From Thermodesulfovibrionales bacterium (GTDB lineage: Bacteria; Nitrospirota; Thermodesulfovibrionia; Thermodesulfovibrionales; UBA6898): DNA of 51,230 nucleotides. A program made the translations under genes and the position numbers. Below the pieces are notes generated by a model, which was not told where the DNA came from, made no database searches, and saw nothing but the letters and a program-made list of their open reading frames with translations. Positions 30,070 to 40,685 of this stretch are shown here, piece after piece. The stretch spans positions 1 to 51,230 of the forward strand of contig JBIOIY010000013.1 of the NCBI GenBank assembly GCA_044450345.1. Reading direction: 5' to 3'. Each line of letters opens with the position of its first letter. The stretch's first letter is position 1.

Positions 30070-30142
30070 ATTGCGTATGGATTGTTCGGGGAAACATTAA
30101 AATTGAAAAGCTTTTATGTAAAATAAGAGCAATGAGGCAGCT

Positions 30143-30385
30143 ATGAAAGAGGCCCTTCAGCATATGATAAAGGCGTACATCCGAAAAGGCGAAAAATATT
30201 ATGTTGCCGAATGCCTTGAAATCCCGGTTGTCACTCAAGGCAAGACTCTGGATGAAGCAGTTGCAAACCTTAAAGAGGCAGTTACACTTCATCTAGAAGG
30301 GGAAGATCTTGAGCAATTAGGTCTCGCACCGAATCCGACTTTGATTATCACCATGGAGACGGAGCCCGTAGAAAGTGTCGCCTAA
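30143..30385 (+). CDS. HicB family antitoxin
   Basis: YVAECLEIPVVTQGKTLDEAVANLKEAVTLHLE. Confidence 0.85.
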   Translation: MKEALQHMIKAYIRKGEKYYVAECLEIPVVTQGKTLDEAVANLKEAVTLHLEGEDLEQLGLAPNPTLIITMETEPVESVA

Positions 30386-30417
30386 ATTATTAAAGCAACT
30401 CGCAAGTATCAAATAAT

Positions 30418-31443
30418 ATGCACCTTCTTGAATTCCTATATTATCTCGGTTTTTCGGTCAAACAATATTATTCCGTCGTACATCAAAAACGCCTGCCGTG
30501 CAGGGTGATCAGCATAGGCAACATAACTGTCGGCGGTACGGGCAAAACACCGGCAACGATTGCTGTTGCAGAGGAGGCCCGAAAAAGGGGCATGAGACCT
30601 GTCATTCTTACACGCGGATATAAGGGCAAGGCAAAGGGTCCTTGTTTTGTAACGAAGGGGAAGGGGCTGCTGCTTTCTATCGAAGACGCCGGTGACGAAC
30701 CTGTTCTCATGGCTGAGAGGCTGGACGGGGTGCCAATTATAAAGGGAGGCAACAGGTTCGAGGCAGGCATGTTTGCCATTCGGGAATTGCCTATCGGCGA
30801 ATCGGAATTCGACACATATGTCTTCATCCTGGATGACGGGTTCCAGCACAGGGGTCTTTACAGGGACAAGGATATTGTCCTCATCGATGCAGGAGACCCT
30901 TTCGGAAACGGGATGCTTCTTCCCTTTGGCAGGTTGAGGGAACCGGTAAAATCCCTGTCACGTGCCGATATTGTCGTTTTAACAAAGGCCGGGAGCAAGA
31001 CCGGCCAGGGAGAACTTTGCGGAATTGACATCCTGAGAGAGAAGATAAATAGGTATAAGGAGAAATCAAGGGTCTTTCTCTCCGACCATATCCCTGTATC
31101 ATGCGTACTTTCTTCAGGCCGGGAGAACCCCGCGGACTGGCTTTCCGGGAAGAAGGTCTTCGTGTTTTGCGCCCTTGGATCACCGGACTCTTTTCTACGG
31201 ACCCTGTCGGGGTCAGGCGCCGATATCCGCGGACTTCGCGCTTACAAAGACCATCATCAGTATACCCAGGAAGACATATCCAGGATAAAAACCGAGGCTG
31301 AAGGGCGCGGCGCAGAGTGGATTGTTACCACGGAAAAAGATATAATAAAAGCCAGAAATCTTGATTTGCCGGACAATATCTCGGTAGTCAAGGTCGTTTT
31401 TGCTGTGAGCGACGACTTTTATGACGAGGTGTTTGGTCCCTAG
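30418..31443 (+). CDS. lpxK: Tetraacyldisaccharide 4'-kinase
   Basis: SIGNITVGGTGKTP, LTRGY, GDEP, LDDGFQH, LLPFGRLREP, TTEKD. Confidence 0.97.
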   Translation: MHLLEFLYYLGFSVKQYYSVVHQKRLPCRVISIGNITVGGTGKTPATIAVAEEARKRGMRPVILTRGYKGKAKGPCFVTKGKGLLLSIEDAGDEPVLMAERLDGVPIIKGGNRFEAGMFAIRELPIGESEFDTYVFILDDGFQHRGLYRDKDIVLIDAGDPFGNGMLLPFGRLREPVKSLSRADIVVLTKAGSKTGQGELCGIDILREKINRYKEKSRVFLSDHIPVSCVLSSGRENPADWLSGKKVFVFCALGSPDSFLRTLSGSGADIRGLRAYKDHHQYTQEDISRIKTEAEGRGAEWIVTTEKDIIKARNLDLPDNISVVKVVFAVSDDFYDEVFGP

Positions 31444-31470
31444 GCATTTGTCCTTCCCGGGAGGAAAAGG

Positions 31471-31881
31471 GTGGTAAGGTACATAAACGTAAAGAGCAGG
31501 GCCAGGACCGAGTTCGTCGACATCACAGAGAAGGTCCAGGAGGTTGTAAAAGAGGCCGGTGCAGTCAGCGGAATATGTTTTCTTTATGTGCCGCATACTA
31601 CGGCTGCAGTCACGATAAACGAGGGCGCCGACCCAAGCGTACAGCGTGATATCCAGGCGCTTTTGAACAGGCTTGTCCCCTTCGAAGGCGATTACCACCA
31701 CAGGGAAGGAAATTCTTCCGCCCACATCAAGGCTTCCATGATAGGCATATCAGAGAGCGTCCTTATTGACGACGGCAGGTTGGTCCTCGGCACCTGGCAG
31801 TCGATTTTTTTCTGCGAGTTCGACGGCCCCCGGCACAGGAGGGTGGCCCTTAAATTCATAGGCGATAAAAAGGGCACATAG
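31471..31881 (+). CDS. yjbQ: YjbQ (UPF0047) family protein
   Basis: PHTTAAVTINE, HREGNSSAHIK, LGTWQSIFFCEFDGPR. Confidence 0.93.
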   Translation: MVRYINVKSRARTEFVDITEKVQEVVKEAGAVSGICFLYVPHTTAAVTINEGADPSVQRDIQALLNRLVPFEGDYHHREGNSSAHIKASMIGISESVLIDDGRLVLGTWQSIFFCEFDGPRHRRVALKFIGDKKGT

Positions 31882-31932
31882 CAGCCAGAATCTTTTTTCC
31901 CACTTCCCGATGTCCCGGAGGGCGTGTGAATT

Positions 31933-32760
31933 ATGTCTGAAGACAATACCTTCGACGAACTCTCCTATCTGAGAAATGAGGTCAAGCGACTCAGGCATTC
32001 CCTGAACGTTCTTACCCCGAGGCTGGGTGTGATCCTGAAAAGACGGGGATTTCCTGTTTACAAAAAGGAACCCGGGGACGACCTCCTGGTTCCTGCGGAG
32101 AATTTTTTGGATGAGTATTACAGTATGCTCCATAAGTATTCGTTCCGCCTCTTTCTCCGCGATGTGATAAAACATCAGGATTTTTTTACCCTTGACAAGG
32201 TGACCAGGTATGCCACGTCAGGAGTCACCGGAGAATATATCGAATATGTCCGGCAGATCGGCCTAACAAGAAAGCTTGACTCGGGATTCGCCCTTGGCCG
32301 TCATATCAAGAGTTTCGGGGAGACACTCGAATGGTTTGTCGCGGAGGTCTTTAAAAGGGAATTCGGCGTAGAGGCGATGTGGGGAGTAAAATTCAAAAGG
32401 CCGAATGTAGGCGGGGATTACGATGTGATCGCCAAGCTCGACGGGTCCCTATTATATGCCGAGGTGAAGTCTTCACCCCCGAAACAGATATATGACAGTG
32501 AAATATCGGCCTTTCTTGACAGGGTAGCGGACCTTGCGCCTGAGATTTCGGTATTTTTTATGGACACGGAGCTCAGGATGAAGGACAAGATAGTGCCGAT
32601 GTTTGAAGAGGAGCTCAAAAAAAGGGCATCCTCCCCGCCGGAAGTAATGCGGATCGAAAAAGAACTCTTTCAGATAAGGGACAGAATATTTATAATAAAC
32701 TCCAAAGACAGCATTGTCCGTAATCTTGAAACGGCGCTGAACTGGTATTTGAGGAGGTAG
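31933..32760 (+). CDS. Hypothetical protein with a C-terminal PD-(D/E)XK-like motif
   Basis: FGETLEWFVA...GDYDVIA...YAEVKS. Confidence 0.7.
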   Translation: MSEDNTFDELSYLRNEVKRLRHSLNVLTPRLGVILKRRGFPVYKKEPGDDLLVPAENFLDEYYSMLHKYSFRLFLRDVIKHQDFFTLDKVTRYATSGVTGEYIEYVRQIGLTRKLDSGFALGRHIKSFGETLEWFVAEVFKREFGVEAMWGVKFKRPNVGGDYDVIAKLDGSLLYAEVKSSPPKQIYDSEISAFLDRVADLAPEISVFFMDTELRMKDKIVPMFEEELKKRASSPPEVMRIEKELFQIRDRIFIINSKDSIVRNLETALNWYLRR

Positions 32761-32917
32761 GTTGAAAAAAGATATTGACCTTGAAAGGCATTTTTGGGCC
32801 TTTAAAAATAGTATCATATAGTTCGTAATGTTGCCGAAAAACGGGTATAATATCCGAGTAAAATCCCGACAAATCCTATAGGTATATATTCCTAAAAGAA
32901 TTCATGAGGAGGGTCGT

Positions 32918-34270
32918 ATGAGCATGCAGGAGTTAAGGAAAGTTATCACGGTCGGCAAAGAAGGTATCGAGATAAAGGACCGTAAGGCCCTTTCCGCCTT
33001 GATGGATGGACTTATCTATGAGGCGGTCTTTTCCGATGAAGAGAGGAAGAAAAAGCTCTTGCTTTTCGTTAAGGAAGTCGCAAAGGCTTATGGTGCGGTC
33101 CCTGCATCCATCCAGGGCCTGTACGAAGAGATGGGTAAGAACTATCCCGGGTTTACCGTGCCTGCAATGAATATAAGGGGTCTGACCTATGATTCGGCCA
33201 GAGCTGTTTTCAGAAAGTCTCTTGAAATGAAGGCCGGCGCCTTTATTTTCGAAATCGCCCGTTCCGAAATAGGATATACCAAGCAGAGGCCTCTGGAATA
33301 TGCTGCGGTGGTGCTCGCTGCGGCTGTCCGGGAAGGTTATAGGGGACCTGTTTTTTTACAGGGCGATCATTTCCAACTGGTCAGGAAGAATTTTCTGGGT
33401 GATCCTGCAGCAGAAACAGGCTATGTGAAAGGACTTATTCAGGAGGCGGTAGAGGCCGAATTTTATAATATCGATATCGATTCATCCACCCTGGTCGACC
33501 TAGACAAACCTACGATAAAGGAGCAGCAACGGCCGAATTTCGAAAAGACAGCCGAACTCGCCGTCCTTATAAGAGAGATCCAGCCGAAGGGTATCGATGT
33601 CTCCGTGGGTGGGGAGATTGGAGAGATCGGGAAGAAGAACAGCACGCCCGATGAACTTAAAGGCTATCTTGACGGGTTCAGGGAGACCTTTAAAGGCGGG
33701 AAGGGATTGAGTAAGCTCAGCGTCCAGACCGGAACATCTCACGGCGGGGTTGTCCTTCCCGACGGCACCCTCGCGAAGGTGAAGATAGATTTCGAAACGC
33801 TCCGCCTGTTATCGGATGTCGCGAGAAAGGAATACGGCCTATCCGGTGCTGTTCAGCACGGAGCGTCCACCCTCCCTGAAGAGGCATTTCACATGTTCCC
33901 TGAAACCGGTACGTCGGAGGTGCATCTTGCAACGGGTTTCCAAAACATCATCTATGACAGCAAACATCTGCCTGCCGCTTTCCGGGAAGAGGTATATGAC
34001 TACATCAAGACGGAATTTGCAAAGGAAAAGAAGGAAGACCAGACAGAAGAGCAGTTTATTTACAGCACCAGGAAAAAGGGCTTCGGCACTCTCAAGAAGA
34101 AGTGGTGGGACCTGCCTTCGGACATTAAGAGGCCCATCATGAAGGAGCTTGAGGATAAGTTCGGCCTGCTCTTCGACAAGCTGAAGGTCGGCAATACTGT
34201 AGATATAGTCCAAAAGACGGTCAAGCCCATTGTTGTGAAAAAGGAGATCGACCCGTCCATTCTCGGATAG
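32918..34270 (+). CDS. Class II fructose-bisphosphate aldolase family protein (long, divergent)
   Basis: VPAMN, LQGDH, DIDSS, GEIGEIG, GTSHG and VQHGAS metal-binding motifs. Confidence 0.85.
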   Translation: MSMQELRKVITVGKEGIEIKDRKALSALMDGLIYEAVFSDEERKKKLLLFVKEVAKAYGAVPASIQGLYEEMGKNYPGFTVPAMNIRGLTYDSARAVFRKSLEMKAGAFIFEIARSEIGYTKQRPLEYAAVVLAAAVREGYRGPVFLQGDHFQLVRKNFLGDPAAETGYVKGLIQEAVEAEFYNIDIDSSTLVDLDKPTIKEQQRPNFEKTAELAVLIREIQPKGIDVSVGGEIGEIGKKNSTPDELKGYLDGFRETFKGGKGLSKLSVQTGTSHGGVVLPDGTLAKVKIDFETLRLLSDVARKEYGLSGAVQHGASTLPEEAFHMFPETGTSEVHLATGFQNIIYDSKHLPAAFREEVYDYIKTEFAKEKKEDQTEEQFIYSTRKKGFGTLKKKWWDLPSDIKRPIMKELEDKFGLLFDKLKVGNTVDIVQKTVKPIVVKKEIDPSILG

Positions 34271-34385
34271 GCTGTTCGGTCCCGCAAAATAGGACTGAGA
34301 ACGAAGGGATTTCCAAAACTTCCTTTTTTACCCCTTTCTTTTCGTAATTTATTGACACTACATGGACATATACCATAGCAGTTAA

Positions 34386-34415
34386 CTTGACAACAACTGA
34401 CTAAGGTTATATTAT
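34386..34415 (+). promoter_or_regulatory. sigma70 promoter of dnaJ-hspR-clpB overlapped by a HAIR-like operator
   Basis: TTGACA (34387), 17 nt, TATTAT (34410). CTTGACA-N7-ACTAAGG matches 10/14 positions of HAIR CTTGAGT-N7-ACTCAAG. Confidence 0.6.
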
Positions 34416-34453
34416 ATGACAAATAGTTAAATTAAATTGCTAAAGGGGTGGGT

Positions 34454-35548
34454 ATGTCTCCACAAGTAAAGGATTATTACGAGATACTCGGCATTGACAG
34501 AAAGGCCTCACAAGAAAACGTAAAGAAGGCATACAGGAAGCTGGCGCGCAAATATCATCCTGACCTCAACCCCGGCGACAAGTCCGCCGAACATAAATTC
34601 AAAGAACTTAACGAAGCCTATGAAGTGTTAGGCAACGAGAAAAAGAGGGCTGAATACGACCAGTATGGACGTTCGCCTTCCGAAGGCGGCGGCCCGGGAT
34701 TTGATTATAGGGCATATACGTCAGCAGACAGGTTCGATTCCAGTGGTTTCGGAGACATTTTTTCCGACTTGTTCGGTGCCGGCGGCAGCCCCGGGGCCGC
34801 GGGACTGAAGGGTCCCGACCTTGTTATGGGACTCGAACTCTCTCTTGAAGAGGCGTTTACAGGCGTCACTGAACCGATTTCGTTTACAAGGGAAATGCAG
34901 TGCACTGCCTGCGGCGGCTCGGGTGCCGAGACCTATCAGCAATGCGACAGTTGTAAAGGGACTGGAAAAGTCCAGACGTCCAAGGGTTTCTTTAAGATGT
35001 CCCAGTACTGTACCGCCTGCGGCGGCTCCGGGAAAAAGATAACAAAGGCATGCAGGTCCTGCGCCGGACGGGGAAAGATCGTGCATCCGGAGTCCATCAA
35101 GGTAAAGATACCCGCAGGCGCTGATACGGGTTCGCGTGTAAGGTTAAAAGGAATGGGTGGTCCCGGGCAGGGAGGGGGACCTCCCGGCGACCTGCAGATA
35201 GAAATTACTGTGCGTGAACATCCTGTATTCAAAAGGACAGGCGATAATATCTACGTAGAAGTGCCGGTCACGTTCGGTGAGGCTGCGCTGGGAGCAAAAA
35301 TAGAGGTGCCGACTTTGGACGGTGCCTCTGCGATGACGCTTCCTGCAGGCACACAAAGCGGCCAGAAATTCAAACTATCAGGGAAAGGTTTTCCCTCCAC
35401 TCGCACCGGCAAGAGAGGGGACCAATTCGTTACTATCAAGATCGCCGTGCCGAAGAACGTCACGGACAAGGCGAGGCACGCTATACATGAAATAGAGACC
35501 CTTTACAGGGAATCTCCGCGGAAGGGGATGATTAGGACCAATGAATAA
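34454..35548 (+). CDS. dnaJ: Molecular chaperone DnaJ
   Basis: DYYEILG, KYHPD, G/F region, four CxxCxGxG repeats, C-terminal domain. Confidence 0.95.
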   Translation: MSPQVKDYYEILGIDRKASQENVKKAYRKLARKYHPDLNPGDKSAEHKFKELNEAYEVLGNEKKRAEYDQYGRSPSEGGGPGFDYRAYTSADRFDSSGFGDIFSDLFGAGGSPGAAGLKGPDLVMGLELSLEEAFTGVTEPISFTREMQCTACGGSGAETYQQCDSCKGTGKVQTSKGFFKMSQYCTACGGSGKKITKACRSCAGRGKIVHPESIKVKIPAGADTGSRVRLKGMGGPGQGGGPPGDLQIEITVREHPVFKRTGDNIYVEVPVTFGEAALGAKIEVPTLDGASAMTLPAGTQSGQKFKLSGKGFPSTRTGKRGDQFVTIKIAVPKNVTDKARHAIHEIETLYRESPRKGMIRTNE

Positions 35549-35888
35549 AAAAGACAGGAAACAACCCCTATATCTCATAAGCGTTGTGTCCGAGATGCTG
35601 AGGGTGCATCCTCAGACCTTACGGCTATATGAAAAGGATGGCCTCATTACCCCCAGGAGAACGAAAAAACAGAGACTCTATTCAGAGAACGACGTGGAAA
35701 GGCTTAACTTCATATTGCAGCTGACAAGGGAGATGGGCGTGAACAAGGCCGGCGTGGACATTATTCTGAGGATGCGTCACAGGATGGAGGTCATGCAGGA
35801 GGAGATGGAGGAGATGATGGGTCTTCTTGAGGAAGAGATGAGAAGAGATTTCAAGGAAAGGCTGAAGAAGGCATTGCGTGAAGACTAA
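35541..35888 (+). CDS. hspR: MerR-family heat-shock repressor, HspR-like
   Basis: [21 protein letters not shown]...RLYS...GVNKAGV; lies between dnaJ and clpB. Confidence 0.82.
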   Translation: MNKKDRKQPLYLISVVSEMLRVHPQTLRLYEKDGLITPRRTKKQRLYSENDVERLNFILQLTREMGVNKAGVDIILRMRHRMEVMQEEMEEMMGLLEEEMRRDFKERLKKALRED

Positions 35889-35894
35889 GGAGGT

Positions 35895-38540
35895 ATGATG
35901 GACAAGTTTACTATAAAAAGCCAGGAGGCGATACAGAAAACGCAGACGCTTGCCGAGAGGAAAGGCCACCAGCAGATCGAAGTCGAACATCTAATGTGGG
36001 TATTGCTTGACGACGCTGAAGGCGTTGCATTTCAGATCCTGAAACGGGTGGGGGCAAACACAGAGGCCCTGCAAAAAGACATCGAAGAGGTTATCGACAA
36101 GATGCCGAAGATCGTCGGCGCAACGCCGCTCGGACAGATCTATATCTCTCCCAGGTTGAAAGAAGTCTTTGGTAGGGCAGAAAAGGAGGCCGGGCATCTA
36201 AAGGATGAATACGTCAGTGTCGAGCACCTCCTGTTGGCTGTTCTCTCAGAAGGAGGCCCTTCATCTGACCTTCTCAAGAGATACGGCGCAGACGCTACGA
36301 AGATATTGACCGCGATGCGGGAGATTAGGGGAACTCAGAGGGTGACTGACCAGAACCCCGAGGAAAAGTACCAGGCGCTGAAGAGGTATAGCAAGGATCT
36401 TACTGAACTAGCGGCAAAGGGGAAACTCGACCCGGTTATCGGAAGAGACGAAGAGATAAGGAGGGTAATACAGGTCCTCTCCAGGAGGACAAAGAACAAC
36501 CCTGTCCTTATCGGCGACCCCGGTGTAGGGAAAACCGCTATCGCGGAAGGCCTTGCGCAGCGTATAGTTGCGGGTGACGTGCCTGAGACCCTCAAAGAAA
36601 AGAAGGTAGTATCCCTCGATATGGGGTCTTTGGTTGCGGGATCGAAATTCAGGGGAGAGTTTGAAGACAGGCTTAAAGCGGTGCTTAAGGAGATTGAGGA
36701 ATCGGAAGGCAGGATAATTCTTTTCATCGACGAGCTCCACACATTGGTCGGGGCGGGCGCTGCAGAGGGAGCGATAGACGCTTCCAACATGCTTAAGCCG
36801 GCATTGGCCAGAGGAGACCTGAGATGTGTAGGCGCGACTACGGTGGCCGAATACAGAAAATATATAGAGAAGGACAAGGCCCTCGAAAGACGCTTCCAGC
36901 CGGTATTAATAAAAGAGCCCCCCGTCGAAGACACAATATCCATACTGCGCGGGCTAAAGGAGAGATACGAGGTCCATCACGGGGTAAAGATCAAAGACGC
37001 GGCCCTTATTTCAGCGGCGGTGCTTTCCCACCGGTACATCACGGACAGGTTTCTCCCGGACAAGGCGATAGATCTGGTGGATGAGGCCGCTTCAAAGCTC
37101 AGGATGGAGATAGACAGCATGCCCGTAGAACTGGATGAGATCGAACGGAAGCTCAGACAATTAGAGATAGAAAGACAGGCCATGATGAGGGAGGACTCCA
37201 GGGAGTCGGAGGACAAACTCGAAAAGCTGAAACGCGAAATGTCCGAACTCCAGGGGAAACGGGACGAGTTAAGGGCCCAGTGGCTGTCCGAAAAGGAAAT
37301 CATCGCACGTATCCGAGAGGTGAAGGGAGAGATTGAAAAGACTAAGATAGAGTCGGAAAAGGCCGAACGGGAGGGAGACCTGACAAAGGCGGCCGAGCTC
37401 AGATACGGCAGACTTCTTGAACTCCAGAAATCTCTCGAAGGAGAGAACGAGAGGTTGGGCGAGGCCCAGAAGAAGAGAAAGATGCTCAAGGAAGAGGTCG
37501 ACGAAGAAGATATCGCCCAGGTCGTATCCAAATGGACCGGCATCCCGGTGTCCAAGATGCTTGAAGGAGAGGTCCAGAAGCTGCTCTATATGGACGAACG
37601 GCTGAGGATGAGGGTAGTCGGCCAGGACGAGGCGATAGAGGCAGTCTCCAACGCCGTAAGGCGGGCAAGGGCTGGGATCCAGGACCCTAACAGACCGATA
37701 GGCTCCTTCATCTTTTTAGGGCCGACCGGCGTCGGCAAGACAGAACTTGCGAGGGCACTGGCGGAGTTCCTCTTCGACGATGAAAATGCGATGATAAGGA
37801 TCGATATGTCGGAGTATCAGGAGCGGCATACGGTTTCAAGGCTGATCGGCGCGCCTCCCGGGTATGTCGGGTACGAGGAAGGCGGGCAGCTGACCGAGGC
37901 GGTAAGGAGAAGGCCCTATTCAATCGTTCTCTTTGACGAAGTTGAAAAGGCCCATCCGGAAGTCTTCAACCTTCTGCTCCAGATGCTCGACGACGGCAGG
38001 CTTACCGACAGCCATGGAAAGACAGTCGATTTCAGAAATACAGTGGTGATCATGACGTCGAACCTAGGCAGCGTGCACATCCGGGAGATGCTCGCAGAGA
38101 AGGAAAAGAGCCCCTTTGCATACTGGGTGGACAACACGGACGCTACCTTCAAGGAGAAGGTGATGAATGACCTCAAGGCGTTCTTCAGGCCTGAATTCCT
38201 GAACCGGGTGGACGAGGTCATTATCTTCAACCCGCTTACTAAGGGACTTCTCAAACAGATCGTCGAGATTCAAGTCGACAGGATGAAGAAATATATAAGG
38301 GAGAAGAACATCGACCTCACCCTGACGGAGGGCGCGAAAGAATATTTTGCGGCAATCGGGTTCGATCCGATCTACGGAGCGCGGCCGTTGAAACGGGTCC
38401 TTCAGAAAATGATCCTGAATGAGCTTGCCAAGAAGATCCTCGATGGAACGTTTACCCAGGGCGATACGGTAGAAGTAGATTGCCGGGGAGGTCAGGTCCT
38501 CTTTACTAAGGCCGTGACCGCTGAGATGACCCGGTTGTAA
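35895..38540 (+). CDS. clpB: ATP-dependent chaperone ClpB
   Basis: Two AAA+ modules ([16 protein letters not shown]) and a long coiled-coil middle domain. Confidence 0.97.
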   Translation: MMDKFTIKSQEAIQKTQTLAERKGHQQIEVEHLMWVLLDDAEGVAFQILKRVGANTEALQKDIEEVIDKMPKIVGATPLGQIYISPRLKEVFGRAEKEAGHLKDEYVSVEHLLLAVLSEGGPSSDLLKRYGADATKILTAMREIRGTQRVTDQNPEEKYQALKRYSKDLTELAAKGKLDPVIGRDEEIRRVIQVLSRRTKNNPVLIGDPGVGKTAIAEGLAQRIVAGDVPETLKEKKVVSLDMGSLVAGSKFRGEFEDRLKAVLKEIEESEGRIILFIDELHTLVGAGAAEGAIDASNMLKPALARGDLRCVGATTVAEYRKYIEKDKALERRFQPVLIKEPPVEDTISILRGLKERYEVHHGVKIKDAALISAAVLSHRYITDRFLPDKAIDLVDEAASKLRMEIDSMPVELDEIERKLRQLEIERQAMMREDSRESEDKLEKLKREMSELQGKRDELRAQWLSEKEIIARIREVKGEIEKTKIESEKAEREGDLTKAAELRYGRLLELQKSLEGENERLGEAQKKRKMLKEEVDEEDIAQVVSKWTGIPVSKMLEGEVQKLLYMDERLRMRVVGQDEAIEAVSNAVRRARAGIQDPNRPIGSFIFLGPTGVGKTELARALAEFLFDDENAMIRIDMSEYQERHTVSRLIGAPPGYVGYEEGGQLTEAVRRRPYSIVLFDEVEKAHPEVFNLLLQMLDDGRLTDSHGKTVDFRNTVVIMTSNLGSVHIREMLAEKEKSPFAYWVDNTDATFKEKVMNDLKAFFRPEFLNRVDEVIIFNPLTKGLLKQIVEIQVDRMKKYIREKNIDLTLTEGAKEYFAAIGFDPIYGARPLKRVLQKMILNELAKKILDGTFTQGDTVEVDCRGGQVLFTKAVTAEMTRL

Positions 38541-38550
38541 GTCTTTCCGT

Positions 38551-38586
38551 GCAGGAAGGGGCTGCGCACCCCTTCCTGCTCTTTTT
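38551..38586 (+). terminator. Intrinsic terminator after clpB
   Basis: GCAGGAAGGGG-loop-CCCCTTCCTGC stem followed by TCTTTTT. Confidence 0.85.
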
Positions 38587-38709
38587 GCCATGTCCCGGCC
38601 GGGACTTCAACTGCGCCTGGGGTTGTGCGGGCTTCTCCGCTTTCAAACAGAACAATTTTATGTGGTATAATTTCAGAATAATTTTGACATTCTCTGTCAG
38701 GAGGAAAGA

Positions 38710-39189
38710 GTGAGCAAGCCGGAAGATAAAGATAAAGATGTTGAATCATTGGAAGAGTCACTTGAAGGATACAAGGGCAAGATTATGCCCGTGAATAAGG
38801 GGTCTCTTATATGGGACAAGGACCTGATATTTGTTGCGAGGACCCAGCGCGGGTATGAAATCGAATTCGATGCGCAGGCACAATGGGGTTGCATCCCTAC
38901 CGAGAGCCTCTTATTGAGTGTTGCCGGATGCATGGCAATCGACGCGGTATCTTTTCTCCAGAAGATGAAGTGCGTGATCTCGAAGTTCAAGATCGATATC
39001 GCCGGGGAGAGAAACCCGACCCCGCCCCAATACTACAAAAAAATCGATATGCTCATCCATATCTCGGGAGAAAACATCACACCAAAAAAGATGGAACGGG
39101 TCATCGCGCTGTCTCAGGAAAAATACTGTTCGGTGTACCACTCTCTGAGGAAAGACCTGGAAGTAAAAGTCGGCTACGAGATCGAATAA
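38710..39189 (+). CDS. OsmC/YhfA family protein
   Basis: PTESLLLSVAGCMAID...EKYCSVYHSL. Confidence 0.88.
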   Translation: MSKPEDKDKDVESLEESLEGYKGKIMPVNKGSLIWDKDLIFVARTQRGYEIEFDAQAQWGCIPTESLLLSVAGCMAIDAVSFLQKMKCVISKFKIDIAGERNPTPPQYYKKIDMLIHISGENITPKKMERVIALSQEKYCSVYHSLRKDLEVKVGYEIE

Positions 39190-39332
39190 AGCCCTGAACC
39201 CGGAAAATACAATTATTGCAGGGACACGTTCCAAAAAACTTTATAATGTCGCAACGTGGATACGTATGGATCAAATGTCCTAATAAAAGTATGAGGTATT
39301 TTTGAGTGTAGAAGGTCTTTATAAAGGTGGCG

Positions 39333-39362
39333 TCCGCGCCCTGGCGGATTCGCCGAGGAGAA
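39333..39362 (+). mobile_element. 30-bp miniature dispersed element, copy 3
   Basis: TCCGCGCCCTGGCGGATTCGCCGAGGAGAA; a GC-rich stretch within AT-rich intergenic DNA. Confidence 0.75.
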
Positions 39363-39432
39363 CAGATAAAGATTTTTTTACACATATCCCTGCAATATTC
39401 TATTGTGAATGCATTTTTCGGATGAAAGGGTT

Positions 39433-40323
39433 CTAGTAGATAAACGTAGCAGGGTCTTTCAGGGCGTGGCAGCGACTGCAGAGCTCCCTGGCCTCTTTTT
39501 TCCCGATGGTCCACGTATGTGCCTTGTGGCAATCGAGACAAACAAGCCTTGCCTTTGTCAGATGCAGATTATGCTGTCCCACGCGCGCCTCGCTCCCATG
39601 GCAGGTCTTCAGACAGTCCTGACTAGAAGGTTTGATTTTGCCGTGAGGATGATGGCAATCGAAACATTTCAACGATGACATGGTCCCCTTGGAAGGGATG
39701 CCTTTGTGACACGTGAGGCATCTGTTCATGTTAATCATCTTAGGGGCCTTCTCGCCGTAACTGTGGCACTTTAGACAGGAAAGCCCTTCCATACCCATGC
39801 CGTGGATGACCTTCTCCCTGTGACAGCCGGAACATGCCTGTTCATTCGGCGCAAATGTGTGACTGCTGCCGGTGTGGCAATTGCTGCAGCTTATGTGCTG
39901 CATGAACACATGCCGGGCATGACCATAAGAATTGCTCAAAGTGACGGAACCCTGCGAGACCTCGGAAAGATGGCAGTCTTTGCAGGAGTTCCAGGGTGAG
40001 ATGCGGCCATGGGTCTGCTTCGTGGTTGTCTCGGTCCCTTTTACGACATAGGAAATGAGCATCTTGTTCTGCTCGAGCATGCTTATCTGATGGCATCTCT
40101 GGCAGGGGAAATCCCTGTGCTTGCTCAGCTGCCATGTCTTAAAGGCCTCTTGCATCATGTGGCATTTTGTGCAGAACTGGGGGTCTTCTTTGGTATACTT
40201 GTAATACCTGAAGCCGACGACCCCCCCCAGAATCGTAAGCAGAAGGAGGAGAAACACGATCGCCTTCTGGTTTTCTTCGATGAAACTCCGGCAGAATGAA
40301 GAAAGAGACTTTTTCCTAGGCAT
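39433..40323 (-). CDS. Membrane-anchored multiheme cytochrome c (NapC/NirT-like N-terminus)
   Basis: N-terminal TM helix, ten CxxCH motifs and one CxxxCH (CLKTCH). Confidence 0.9.
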   Translation of the reverse strand: MPRKKSLSSFCRSFIEENQKAIVFLLLLLTILGGVVGFRYYKYTKEDPQFCTKCHMMQEAFKTWQLSKHRDFPCQRCHQISMLEQNKMLISYVVKGTETTTKQTHGRISPWNSCKDCHLSEVSQGSVTLSNSYGHARHVFMQHISCSNCHTGSSHTFAPNEQACSGCHREKVIHGMGMEGLSCLKCHSYGEKAPKMINMNRCLTCHKGIPSKGTMSSLKCFDCHHPHGKIKPSSQDCLKTCHGSEARVGQHNLHLTKARLVCLDCHKAHTWTIGKKEARELCSRCHALKDPATFIY

Positions 40324-40379
40324 TGCTTGTCTGTCCGGTCTTTACCATCGCCTCGTCAGCACCGAGTAATTATACCATG

Positions 40380-40682
40380 TTATTTACCGGTCAGGAAACT
40401 GAAGAATTTGTAAAGGAAGAACGCAAAGATAAAGCCCATAAAGGCCCCGAAGGCCGCGAGGATAGCGAGCACGACAAGGAATACTATGTTAACGATAATG
40501 CTGTGGGCGTCTACCCCTAGAGACAAGGAGGTGTTTAAATCTTTAGCGATTGCGTCGCGCCAGGTCCCCTTGAGCGCATCGGCAAAGAGCACGTCCATGA
40601 GCACCGATATTACAACACTTAATAGCCCACCCAGTATGGCGCCGAATAAGAGGAATTTTTTTGCCCTTTTCCGGTCTTCCAT
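40380..40682 (-). CDS. Hypothetical two-TM membrane protein
   Basis: Two hydrophobic segments; directly downstream of rho. Confidence 0.75.
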   Translation of the reverse strand: MEDRKRAKKFLLFGAILGGLLSVVISVLMDVLFADALKGTWRDAIAKDLNTSLSLGVDAHSIIVNIVFLVVLAILAAFGAFMGFIFAFFLYKFFSFLTGK

Positions 40683-40685
40683 CCA

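Noticed and set aside
34901..35032. Direct repeat GCCTGCGGCGGCTC.GG in dnaJ
   Set aside because: Explained by the repeated CTACGGSG zinc-finger motif.
24235..39362. The 30-bp repeats as a CRISPR array
   Set aside because: Copies are kilobases apart, in both orientations, with no spacer periodicity and no cas genes.
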